DNA of 64,000 bases from Trichinella spiralis. Lineage: Eukaryota. The notes under the pieces were generated by a model that made no database searches, had not been told where the DNA came from, and saw nothing but the letters and a program-made list of their open reading frames with translations. Shown piece after piece: positions 27,472 to 40,300 of the stretch (its first letter is position 1; each line of letters begins with the position of its first letter). The stretch spans positions 269,006-333,005 of the forward strand of contig NW_003526948.1 in assembly GCF_000181795.1 (NCBI RefSeq). Direction: 5' to 3'. The translations under genes and the position numbers were made by a program.

Positions 27472-28666
27472 AATTTGATTACCAGTATCACAAGGCAACA
27501 AACTGAAATTCAAAACCAAATCACTCGTTAGCATTTCCATAATTCCATAAAAGTCAAAAACGTCTATCATTTACTTCTTCTACCTATTGTCTCAATTGCC
27601 AAAAATTTATAAAAAATATTATATAAACTGCCTTCTATAAAAAAAATCATCAAAATAAAGTAGTTTTTTCTCATTAGGCACAATAAATTTTTGACAGCCG
27701 AATTTTACTGATAACTGTCAGTCAGAAAATAAGTCACCAAAGATATATTTATTAAAATGTACTCTGTGCATGCAAGCGAATAAACAGGTAAAAGGAAACA
27801 AATACAACTTTCACCTACCTGGAGTAAAGCAATCACAAAACTTCACTATGCATAGCGTAGAGATTTGAAATTAGCACATTTTAAATCTGGGTTACCATAT
27901 ACCTTAATCTTGATTGTATTTTTGTAATTTTTATAAGCTTTTTTAAAAAGCGTCCAAATTGTGTAAAAACGATTTAAAATATTTCATATATGCGAAAAAT
28001 TCAAACGATATTTATTTTTTGAATAGATGAATTTAATAGGGCCATAATTACTAATAATAAATTGAACAGCAGTACGAAATATTGGTGCTTGTTGGGAAGA
28101 TTATACTGTACTTTATGCTTTTTTTAACCTGCACTTGTTTCACAGTTTAAATTTGTTGTTTTAAATGAAGAAATGTGCTGAATATTGAAAATTATTAGTA
28201 TAATTTTGAATTACGATAGAAATAATTTACCATTTGGTAATAATGTTTTGTTTCACTTTGATTGATGACTGTCAGTTCATTTTCATTGAAAGAAGTAACA
28301 ATATCAGTGTAAAATCAGTTAAAATAATAATAATATCAGTATTAAAGCAACAGAAAGCATTAGCTGAATTACAAGTTACCATATCATGGTATTTGAATCT
28401 TTTTTCAATCGAATAAAGCATGATATCATTCAACAGCAGCAGCTTATGCAACAGCATACGTAGTTAAAGAATATCAGCAAATTGCAGCGTTGATGTCGCA
28501 TCCTGAATTATGAGGACAGTGAAATGTGGTAATTTAAATTAGTGGTTTGATCTTTATTGTAGTCCAGTCGTCCTGAGTTATCGCTTCAACTGTAATGTAT
28601 AAGTCGAAAAAGTTATGTTAGAGCAATATGCAGTAATCAGTTGCAAGTTAAACAAGTAAACTAGCC

Positions 28667-29519
28667 TTAAACTGAATACAAACGTAAGGATTTCCTCCTC
28701 AAAAATACATATTCCCTTGTTGAAATTGGTTGTGTCTTATTTGTGTTTGCAAAGTACATTCTTTTTGAACGTGGAAAGTTTACAAAGCCTTTTTCAATGT
28801 AATTTTTCAAATCAGATAATTTATGAAAATTTATAATATGAGCAAAACGAACCACGGATTCCTTCGATGAGTAATCACTGCTGATTAATAAATAACAATA
28901 ATATTTTTTACAAATGCTTTGCAAATAATACACCAATAACTTCATCAACATTTCAAAACAGTCACTTTGAGCCGACCAGTATCCATATATCAAACACAGT
29001 TGGCTTAAAGAACGTTTCTGGATGGCATTAGCTGTTTCACAGTCAATCTTTCGCGATTCTGAGTTCAAATCTCGATGATCTGCCAGAAATTTACCATAAA
29101 TAGTTTTCACTTTCATTCTGCGTACAAGCACACCGGTGAAACAATCTTTGACTAAGACTCCATCAGATAAAATTTCTGTCAAGTCTAACATTTTGAATCT
29201 TGGAGAAGAGGGCGCAGATTCTAAAACAAATAGAATATAGTAAAATTAAATTAAATTAAATTCACAGATTCCAAATATCACAATAATTTTCAAACAAATT
29301 GAACTGAAAATGCTTAACAGACAATATGTTACAGTGCGTATCGTATATGGCATTGTGTGCAGGTAATATCATTGACATTTTTAAATAAAAAATACATTAT
29401 GATAAAGTTCTGAAACTAACATTTACACAAAATTAGATCAGTTGAATCATATTTTGTAATCATTTGCAAGAATTACCAGAAAATAGTCGCTCAGCATTTA
29501 TTTTTGTAGTTATTTTCAT
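28667..29519 (-). CDS. Bromodomain-associated (BTP) histone-fold protein, SUPT7L/TAF8/TAF3-like
   Basis: ETANAIQKRSLSQLCLIYGYWSAQSDCFEMLMKLLVYYLQSICKK (~29050-28910) fits the BTP pattern (helix, G-Y/F, S-x-x-E-x-L-x-x-L-x-x-x-Y-L-x-x-I). The main exon starts at 29220 after a TTTTAG acceptor. A phase-compatible upstream exon 29519-29477 encodes MKITTKINAERLFS. The 3' end may splice further. Confidence 0.55.
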
Positions 29520-30281
29520 ATTTGCATAGGAAATATCAAGGAAATTATTAAATAAACACCAGTATAAATGTAATTGAACTGATACAAGTGTATGTCAAAT
29601 TGGTAAACGTGGTCTTAGGAAGTGAAAGCGAAGCTATATTTAGAATCAACAGCTACATATATCCTTGAGAATTTGGTGAATGTTAAGCAGCAGTGGAACG
29701 TAAAATATTATACTATAAGTATAAAAGATTTAATTATATTAGAGTCTAGTCATGAATGTTTAGTATGATGCAATAAAGTATAAAAATGATTGTTGCTTTT
29801 TAATGATTTAGTTTATTAATTGCATTAATACTTAAAAATCAATAATGATTCGTGTTCATTACTGTATATTTAAGTTGAATCGTATTTTGCATTTTGAAGT
29901 ATGTTCTGCATATTTGTTTTATGCATATACAGTACACATTTGCAAAATAACAAGAATGAGATAGCGAAGAATCTCTGAAGAACTGTTATCGTTGGACGAC
30001 TTACGACCTTGAAAAAACCTGTCGATTGTGTGTTAAATGACATTTGCGAACTCTGTCGACATCGTTGCGGCCTTTCTCTGTATTTCCTGGGTCGGTGGCT
30101 TTTGTACATTAATTGTGATTGTCATAAGAACAGTTCACTGCTCTTCCTTATTTGGCTTCAACGATATAGAAGCATATTGCAACTCAGTCCAATATCAATT
30201 CAGTTAACCTTTATCAGTCTTTTGAAGCTTTCACTGCATGTTTGATGGGATGTTAAATTATGTTCGTTTTAGATTTGATAC

Positions 30282-32756
30282 ATGTCTATTAAAGATATAT
30301 GTTGCATTGGTGCTGGATATGTAGGCGGTCCTACCAGTTGCGTTATCGCATACAAGTGTCCAGATATTCGTGTTACAGTTGTTGATCGTTCTGAAATAAA
30401 GATTCAAGAATGGAATTCAAACAATCTGCCGATATATGAAGTAATTGTATATATATGTATATATATGTGTGTGTATGTAAATAAATGTATATGTATATAC
30501 ATCTGTATGCATGTCTGTGTATGTGGTATATATTGAGTTTGTGTATATTCCAGTATGATTGCTGAAGTTCTGATGCGTTGTATATTATTCAAAACGAACT
30601 CAGCAACCCATTGTTTTGTCTGAATTCCATTCATGCCCTTCGTCAGATTTTTCTACTTATTTTAATTGAAACATTTTTCTCATTATTTATTTTTTTATTC
30701 TGGCTTCCATTTTATCAATTTCAGATTCATACAGTTTTTTAAGAATTTTTCAAAGACGATTCAGCATGCTTCACATGTGGCATCGTTCTGTTACTTAAAG
30801 AATCTCTAGTGGAAATTTTTTTCTGGATTTTGCGTTTTTTTTCTATATATGCTTGAGGTAGAGTTTTGAACAGCATGCTTTCTTTTTTCTGACAAGCAGA
30901 ATGCTTCAGTTGAAGCTTCTTATTCACATCTTTGAAAACAGTTTTCACACTGAATTTCATAGTACAAAAGAATGCAAGTTCAACTTAATTAAGGTCATAT
31001 TGTTAGGCATTCGATTATGAGGAAATGGCACGTTCGAAAAATATTTATTGTACTTTAATCTATAAAAAATAGGAATTTATTTCTATGCTTTTTTCTTTTT
31101 GAATCAGCTTTGATGAAAATAAGGTTAAGGATATTTTTTTCGTTGGGTGAATGCAAATTTCTTCACTTTTTCTTGTATTCATATACTATATGTTTGTTTT
31201 TTCTATTGTTGTATTCTGAGAAGTGTCAAGTTTGGATTTCAGGTTGAAGTTCATTCACTTTTGCAGGAATTTGTTGTTAATATGCGAGTGGTACGTACAG
31301 TAATACGAGAAAGAGGTATGCAAAACTTGCACGGATAAATTATAAGTATGGTTGCAAAATTGTATTATTGCCTGTTGCTGAATTGGATAATATTTTTGAT
31401 TTTTGCTAATGGAAAACAATATACTGACAACTGTAAGAAAAAACACAACAGGCAAACTTGTAATAAATAATGAAATGAATGTGGTTTTAATAATATTTTT
31501 AACGGATAAAAATAATCTTCGACAACTGAAACATGTTCATGAGATTAGGATGTTTCTATCTATTTTCAGTCGCTGACGAAATTTCAAAGTTTTTTGTAAC
31601 TTAAAAAAAATTTTTTTTTATTTTAAAATTTGTCATTTTTCCCAGCTATTTATTTGATTATAATTTTTGTTGACAGCATGACTTTGTTGGAAATTTTGTT
31701 TTGCTCGATGTTGTTTTCTTCTTCTTGTTCAACAGTAGCAAGAAGAAGTGAAAATCATATAGCAGCAGCTGATTTCATTTCTGAATATGCAAAATTCAAT
31801 TTAGCCTGGTTTGGATAAATTGGTGAAGCAGTGTCGTGGGAGAAATTTGTTTTTCACAACAAATGCTGAAAGCGCGATTCAACAAGCGCAACTGATTTTC
31901 ATTTCCGTCAACACACCTACAAAAACGTACGGCTTTGGAAAGGTGATGATTTTTGATTGATTAATTAATTAATTAATTAAATTTAATTAATTCTTTTATT
32001 TCAGGGCAAGGCGGCTGATTTGACACATCTAGAAGCGGCTGCGCGTTTGATTGCTAGCGTTTCGACAGAATCGAAAATTGTCGTCGAAAAAAGCACCGTT
32101 CCAGTCAGAGCTGCGGAAAGCATATCAAAAATTCTCCTGTCTAATCCAAGACCCGACGGTGTCACATTTCAAGTATTGTTGAAAATTTTTTGAATTTATT
32201 CTCATGGTCGATTGATTTGTCCAGTCGAGATCTGTATGTGCTTGTATCAATTGTTGTTTTTGTCACCAGGTTTTGTCGAATCCAGAGTTTTTAGCAGAAG
32301 GCACTGCTATTGAAAATTTGTTGGAACCGGATCGCATATTGATTGGAGGAGAGCAGACTGTCGAGGGTCAAGAAGCCGCTAGCAAGCTGGTCGACATTTA
32401 CCTGCGATGGGTTCCTCGAGATCGTATACTCACCATAAACACGTGGTCGTCGGAACTTTCAAAACTTGTATGTATGTTTTTACTGTTCTGTTGTATGTCT
32501 GTGTTGTGTTTGGTGTGTCTTTTTTCTTCCTGTAGTTGTTTGCAATTGTAATTGATTTTCAGGCTGCAAATGCTTTTCTTGCACAACGTATATCCAATGT
32601 CAACGCTATCAGTTCAATCTGCGAGCTGACCGGTGCAGATATTCGCGAAGTGGCAATGGCCATTGGCTCCGATTCTCGAATCGGTTCCAAATTTCTCGAA
32701 GCTAGCGTTGGTAAAATATTTATCATTATCTCATTGTGCAATTATTTACAGCAACA

Positions 32757-32794
<38 letters not shown>

Positions 32795-33996
32795 TGTTCA
32801 GGTTTTGGTGGTAGCTGTTTTCAAAAAGACATACTGAATTTGGTTTATCTGTGCGAATCGTTGAATTTGGAAGAATGTGCCGAATATTGGAATCAAGTAA
32901 TAAGCAAAAATTTGCATTTTGCCTATAGGCCAATTTTCGATTATTGCATGCTTTTGTTTTCCTGAAGATAATTTTACTGAACGATTGGCAACGCAGGCGA
33001 TTCGCCAAAAATATAATCGAAAAATTGTTCAACACCGTACATGACAAATCGGTCGCCATACTTGGATTTTCGTTCAAAAAAAATACAGGGGATGCACGGT
33101 AATTGTTTTTATTTTCTTTTTATTATTAAAATGTTCTTTATCGTGTATTTTTTTTAAAGTGAATCTTCAGCTAGTTACATCTGTCGTTATTTGTTGGATG
33201 AAGGAGCGAAGCTCAATATTTACGATCCTAAAGTTCCAAAGTCGGCCATATTCAGGTACACTTGTTATTTTATATTTTCTTTTATTTTAAATTTAATTTT
33301 TCCTTTTCTTATTCCAGAGATTTACGTTGTTCAGAATATTCTGACGAATCTAATAATGGTAATTTTCAATCATGACTACTGCTTATTATACAAGTGTTGT
33401 TGTTATTGTTCTCTTGTTTGTTACTGTAGAATGTGGTCTATTTCAGAAAGTCAAATTCAGGTACAAATTCATGATAATGCTTATTCAGCTGCTGAAGGAG
33501 CGCATGCTTTGGTCATCTTAACTGAATGGGATGAATTTAAGGTAACATTTTTTTTTGTTATATTCAATAATGAATAAGTAAGTATATTTTCTTTGTTCGA
33601 TATATTCGTATTTCGTGTTTGCATTTGGCAAATAATACAGATGTGCGGGTAATTCAGTTGTACACTAGTACAATGAATGAAATTATTCATAACGAATATT
33701 GTTGAACAAGCGAAACATGTATGCGTGTGTGTGTGTATTTTTTTTCTGAATTTGCATAATTTTAGTCACTTGATTACGAGGTGATATATGGATTGATGAT
33801 GAAGCCGGCTTTTATTTTCGACGGTCGCGTCATATTGGACCATCAGCGTTTGCAAAGTATCGGCTTCATTGTGCATTCAATTGGATTGAAACTGTCCGAA
33901 GGGGATTCTCATTCAACCGGCAACGGTATGGCTGAATTGAAATTGACCAACGGCATTTGTGATTTGATAGAAAATGGACAGACACTGTCACAGTGA
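30282..33996 (+). CDS. UGDH: UDP-glucose 6-dehydrogenase (sqv-4 / sugarless ortholog), 11 exons
   Basis: Motifs: [12 protein letters not shown] (NAD binding), [59 protein letters not shown], catalytic [19 protein letters not shown]. Exons: 30282-30440, 31805-31942, 32005-32172, 32270-32467, 32563-32710, 32802-32896, 32968-33098, 33160-33255, 33318-33358, 33447-33541, 33766-33996. Confidence 0.97.
32761..32793. repeat. (AAT)n microsatellite in UGDH intron 5
   Basis: Direct read. Confidence 0.9.
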
Positions 33997-34852
33997 TAAA
34001 GTTCTACTAAGGTAATGAATAATAATGAAAATTAATCACAAATGCAAAAAAATATCGATCGAGAAAATCTTTTGCTTTTTCTCAACGACAAGCAAGTACG
34101 TCCAGCTTGGTCTGGTCTACATTTTATTATACGCTTCTACATCCGGGTGAAATTGCACTGCTTTCTTTCTTTCTTTCCTTAATGCTTTGCAGTAATGTTT
34201 AATTTTTTTTTCTTTGCTTGTTTTGCCATTTTACAATCAATTCAGTTTTATTTGTTTATTTTGTTTTATGTTTATTTTTCCTATCACTGCCAATTTGTTT
34301 AATTGCTGTGTGAATAAGAAGTTAGTTTCGGCGATGTTTCTGCTTGATCATTCACATAGAATTTTTTAATCAATCAATTTTTATTGGTTCTATCTTTTTC
34401 TTTCTACTCTTCTCTGTCTGTAATTTACTTATTTGCGTGTAAGAATTGAAAATGGCAATTATTCTTTTCTTTAATATTCTGTATCTATCGTTGTATCTTA
34501 TATGCTTGCTTTGTTTTACGCAGAGACCATTGTATTCGTTTTCGAAATACCTGTTCAGAAAATTGGACAAACAATTTCAATAGTGGTCGCTAAACATGTC
34601 GCTTAATTCATAATTGCAATCGTTTTACAAATATATCTACCGACTTGCTGTTTGCTTTATCCTCGTGCCTGCTAGATCATACATTCCAAATAAATCGATT
34701 ATTCGACATAAGATTTAGCAAGAAAAACACTTACGCTTTATGCAATTATGGTAAAAGGTATGGAAATTTTTTCACTTTTAATGAAGATTTCGAAAATTGG
34801 AGAGCACTGATATAAATTAAATTATAACGGTAACTGATAGTAGAAATCTATA

Positions 34853-34885
<33 letters not shown>

Positions 34886-35134
34886 TGTTGTAAATGGTCA
34901 TGAAATGATGGCAAAAGCTACAGCTTTTATTTTTTATGATTTGAAAGCATGTTGTTATGATGTATCACCATACATCAGCATTCATATATATATATATATA
35001 TATTATATATGTGTGTGTACGGATATGGAACAAAACTTGAACAGATCAGTTTGAAATTTTTAAGAAGATGAAAAAATAGTTTATTAAGCAAAGAGAAGTT
35101 GCTGATAAGCTCGTGTGGAAAATATTAATAGGTA

Positions 35135-37328
35135 TTAATTGGTGAAAGAAACATCTAATGAAGGTAATTCACGGTCTGGCAAATATTTCGGTGGTCGACC
35201 GCATATTAATGGCACATTGCAAGGTACCATTTTGTAATTTTCGTCGACAGCTTGCTGTGACTGGTCACCTGTTGGTCTAGTGTGTGTTCGCAATGCAGAT
35301 GGTTCTGTAAAATTGACGTACGTATTTTTCAGTGGTGATTTCGGTCGTCCAGTGGTCAAATTGCGCACCGATTGAGATACCGGCGTATCTAGTGTTATTA
35401 ATTTATAATCAGGATTACTGAAACTTGGAGGTGGTGATGTCATTGGTGACGGCAGAGTTAGCATAACCGTGTTCACAGTGGAATTGTTTGCGGACAATGA
35501 ATCTGGGCTAAGTCTTGCTTGCACTTCCATTGCTTCGAGCTGTTGTTTGCTAGGAAGTGGTGGTGGACAGCGGCCATAAGATTGAATGCCGTTGGATTTC
35601 AAATTTGACGATGATGATTCAAATATTGAATTGAAATTTTTTCGTATATAGCTGCCAAATTCACGGATACTTTTCAAACTTCCACGCAAAGCAACTCCAG
35701 CAGATGTGTCTTTCATTCGGGATCTGAAAATTGCATTGCAGTGCAACGTTTTTGATGGTCTTTTTGATATTGGTTTTATAAAATTTAAATTGTCCACACT
35801 TACCCAGTACTGTGCCGCTGTTCGACAACTTTTTCAATTTGATTTCGATGAAGTGTTTGAATTAGCTCTGTTAGGCAGCTTTCTAAGCCAACCGCATCAG
35901 CCGCTTGGAAAGACACGGCAGTGGTCACTTTCGAACTGCAAGAAAAACGGTTTCTGTTTAAAATGTTGTCATCCAATAGCACCTTCCCTCCCCCTGCTAA
36001 GAGTTAACCTAATTTTTTTCCCATTTTGACCCATAACCATCTACCCCACCCATCCACGACTGGCTGTGAATTGCACAAGCTGTAGAAAAATCAAGGGCAA
36101 CATTGCTACCTTCTGGACGCCTATTCCAGTTTTTTCACGCTTAAATGCTCAATTAAAATTAATTTCAACTAATCTATATTAAAAGCTTTCTATATATATA
36201 TATATATCTTTTTTCAATTGCATATTATTATAAATTACTTATTGAAAATTTATCATTTTCAGTAAATGAAAAGTCGTATCTGATGTTTTCATCAACTGAA
36301 GAGGTAAGTGCAGTTATTTATATTTTATTATAGATAATTATTTGATGTTTGATTTAAAATATGCTTATCCAGAAAGGCCATCGCTGATACTGAAATATCT
36401 CTGAGACTGGTTGAAAACCGGCGAACCTGTTTTCAGATCTCGTTGTGCCAAGTGTAGCCCCCCGAAATGAGCAGCTAAAATTATAACCATTTGTACAAGC
36501 CGGAGGCAATTCTATTTTTAACTTCCACAGAATTGCAATCCGATTTGTGAACAAAGTGAAAAATAATAATTGAATATTTTAAAGAAGAAGATTTTCTATT
36601 ACACATATGTTGAAATTGCTACTGTTTGATTGCTTGCATGCAAATGAGGTAATATTGGAAATATTTTTTACCTTTTGAAGAGCTCAAATCCAGAACGAAA
36701 AAGCAAAGTGACAATTTGACGTTTTATGAAAGCACGACTACGTTGAGTATGGGTTGAGACACCTTGCAAGGCACAAATGGTAACATCCAAGTCCGGTTCA
36801 AAAGTGTCATAGTCGTAAAAGACAAGCCATCCATTATAACTGATTGCCAACAGATACTGATTGCCGAACAAGCCTATCGCCTCGGCATCTTTCCTGCCGA
36901 CGACGATTAGATGAAAAAATGAATTGATGAAACGTTCAGCAATCAGTGCTATTATACGACTTATTGCATTCAACCACTGATTCGTCTCCGCTTCGTCTTT
37001 GGCTTCGATCAAGACGTCAGAGAAATCTGTATTGAGCAGTATGCGAGATTTTTTCAAATCCGCCTCTACAAGGCGCACCGATTTCACATCTTTCAGTTGA
37101 ATTTGCAAAACTTGACAATGGCAGTCCAAAACCACCAAACTGATGGTCAGTGTTGCGGCTTGTTGGCGTGACATCAAGCTCAGTCGAACGTGTCGCCTCT
37201 TCATCGACTGCGCCTAAAACGACAACTTTGCGCTTTCACGTAAAATTTCATGGTTGATAAAGAATATATATATATATTACACTTTTCAATTTTTCAGCAA
37301 GACAGTCCTTTTTTCTTTTACTTTGAGA
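35135..37328 (-). CDS. PH domain + IRS-type PTB-like docking/adaptor protein (IRS/Dok/FRS-like), 5' end unresolved
   Basis: Exons 37328-37281, 37213-36672, 35935-35804 and 35723-35135 join in phase. A PH C-terminal helix IEAKDEAETNQWLNAI is followed by a PTB-like segment (GLFGNQYLLAISYNGWLVFYD...FQAADAVGLESCLTELI). The P/S-rich tail carries PPPLPSK, DYKLI, TYVNF and NYKMV. Confidence 0.6.
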
Positions 37329-40300
37329 CTACAAAAGTTACATTAAACAACTTCAGGTGAAATGGAGATGATGATATTGTCATTTGCGTGCTCTGTCGAA
37401 GCAAATTAATTTTTACAAGGTTAACATACTGAAAAGTGCAGATATTGTCACTTTTGCAAATGTTGATGTGCAATATTTATTCCTTCTTGAATGCTTCAAA
37501 TTCTTTAGAATTACTGCTAACATTATTCATTCGTGCCTGATACCATTTAAGAAAGTTGGAAATTCTTATCACTTATGCGTCGTATCATCAGCTTAGATGA
37601 AAGTAACTTTAACAGTTTTTCATATTTTGCAATCAATAATCACTTAACATTCGAAAAATGTGAAATTTCAACTGAATGACAACTTTTTCCACTTTTATTG
37701 TGAACAATTCATACAACTGCGACAAACTGATGAGTGACCATGAAAAGTCATTGTTGTCATAATTGGAAAGAAAGAAAAAGAAGAACAAATGCACTGCTGC
37801 AAAGGCTATTTATTGTTGACTAAGAAAGAAGCTTCATTGTTTAACTAACGAAAGAAGAGTTGTAAACTTTCTTGACACCATGCTAATTTGACGTTTATGC
37901 TCAGTTTTCATCTAAGAACACGGCTGCACGTGCACATTGAAATTTACGTTTGCTTTTTTAAAGACTTTAATTTGAGATGAACATTTGCCGAATTAAAAAA
38001 AGACACATTTCATTTCATGTTAACGGGGCATTTTTTTGCAACAACTTCCATCATCTATTTCACAGAGAGGACGAGGAAGTGATCATCTCAAAAGCATTTT
38101 TGTTTTTCTTATTCACTCACCATAAGCAGTGGAAATGAAATGCTGAAATTATTTATATTTCTAACTAATAATTTCCTGAATTTTCATATTGACGCCAAAC
38201 GGTCATGAACAACAGTGAAGCAGTGAAAACGATCAATGCTATTGCCGACGGCTAATAGCCAGCTTTGAGAAGTTGGCAAAATATTCAATCAAAATGGCAA
38301 TTCTTAAACACACTAAAAGGTGATCGTTGTTCCACTATAGCCCAAGGCTGTGAGCACGCAGTTAGCGATTATCCGGTAGGAGAGAGTTTTCTTAATGACG
38401 AGCAATTTCACTTTTTTTAAGAAACACATAAAACAATTATTGCACGTGTTGAACAAAATTTAAAAGTTTCCCAAACGGCGCAGCGTTTGAAAAGGAACAG
38501 CTAACGTGACACTGGATAAGCATTCCAATGTTTATAGCTTCCGCTTTGTGGCAGCTGTTTGTAGTCAAATTGTGATTATTGAATAAATCATGAATAAAAC
38601 AAACTCCAAACACGCAGGCAAGAGTTTAAAAAATCGACTACTCTCAGTTGATTGCAATTGTGTGTAGTGAAGGTGACGTGAAATTGTTCCCCCAACTCCG
38701 TCCGTCAAACGTATACACTTCTTCGAACAGAACTGTCAAAAATTAGCCAAAAGTAGACTTGAAAGATGAAAAATTACAATTTTGCAAAACAAATTATCTG
38801 ACCTTGCAAAATTTATATACGACTTTTCACTTTTACCCAAAAAGATTTGAAAATTTTAATTGTGTTAAATTGTTGAACGGATTGAAAAAATTAATCATCG
38901 TTCCGTAGAACCAGGCCGACGCATCACTCCGGCCTCGCACGTCCTAATGGCATTATTTCGTCATCAACAGCAACAGCATCAGCATCACCAACAGCAATAG
39001 CAGCAACAAGAACAACACACCTCTGATTTGACAACTGATGCTGTCTGTGATGATGCGCAGTTGAAAAGATATTTGAACAGCTTTTTTTCTTTTTCTGAAT
39101 CCCCATCAAGCCGCTTTTGATCCATTGCCTTATTCATATACCTTATTCACATATAAACTTATCATTTGATTATTACATTTTTTGATTTATGATGAAGAAA
39201 AGTGTTGTCTTTATTGTAACATAAAAAAATTCAATCTATTTGAATAAAGAGAAATGAAAAAGAAATTTTTAACATAATAAATAAAAAAGAAATAATAAAT
39301 GGTACAAATGTGATATACAATGAGTAAATTTATAAAATAAAACTCCAGTTGTAAATTTGATTTATTGCAACTGGTGAAATAATGTTACGTTTTATTGTCA
39401 AGTTAAATTAAAGTTTGTGTTTGTTTGAAATTATAAATTTTAATACGTTTCAACAAACAACGCTCGCTAATCCCTCTCTCTGTTATTATTTCTTCTGATA
39501 AACGAAGCAGCTTAAATGTGCTAGTTTCATCAAGAAGAAAAGTAAACTGACCCACCCTCAAAGTCAACAGAATTCAAATTTATATATTTGAAGAGGCCAA
39601 ATAAAATTAAGCATGTTAATTTAAGGAATTCAGTGAACGGATAACTTACTTTTGAAATTGACGATGAATCCGATTTGACAATGCTAACAAGCAATGTATC
39701 CTCTTTGATTGTCAGCGATGCCATGCTACACAAAAACTGAGACAAAAAATATCTGTATGTGTAGTGTTTGGTGTAAGTTCAAAAATAAGAAAAAGACGGG
39801 AAGATAAGAGGCAGATGGATGCAAACTGGCAACTGATTTCAAGTCTTGCAGCTCCTCATTCTGGTGAAATGAAAGCAACGCCACCTAGGTGAAAGAAAGC
39901 TCAACCGGAAGTTGATCAGAAACGACGATGGGTCTTCATTCATTATCCACCACATGTGCAGAATTTAGCCATGCGTTCACATCGATGGTCGATGGTTTTT
40001 GTTTGCGGTAAGTTAAATGAAATTAAAATCTTTTTCCAATAATCACACTCAACATGCTTACATTAAAATTAGCTGGCCGTAACTGTAAACATAATTTTCT
40101 ACAATTTCTTTGCTAACACAGTCAATGCTTGACCGAATTACACCACCCGGTTTGACCAATGATTCATCAACGCCTCTGCAAAAAAAACTGGAGAAAAATT
40201 GTCATTTTTTATCAAATTTAACCAATTAAGAAAAGCACAATCCATTGAAAACATTGTTATGAAACAAGATGGCTTCTTTACAGTCACATTCGACAGAAAA

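Noticed and set aside
36240..36474. Two exon-like segments in the adaptor gene intron
   Set aside because: One lacks a good in-phase donor and the other gives an immediate stop. The direct 36672-35935 splice already completes the PTB-like domain.
38947..39000. CAA/CAG/CAT-rich stretch encoding a short poly-Q/H peptide
   Set aside because: It stops after 17 codons with no donor; more likely low-complexity UTR or promoter sequence.
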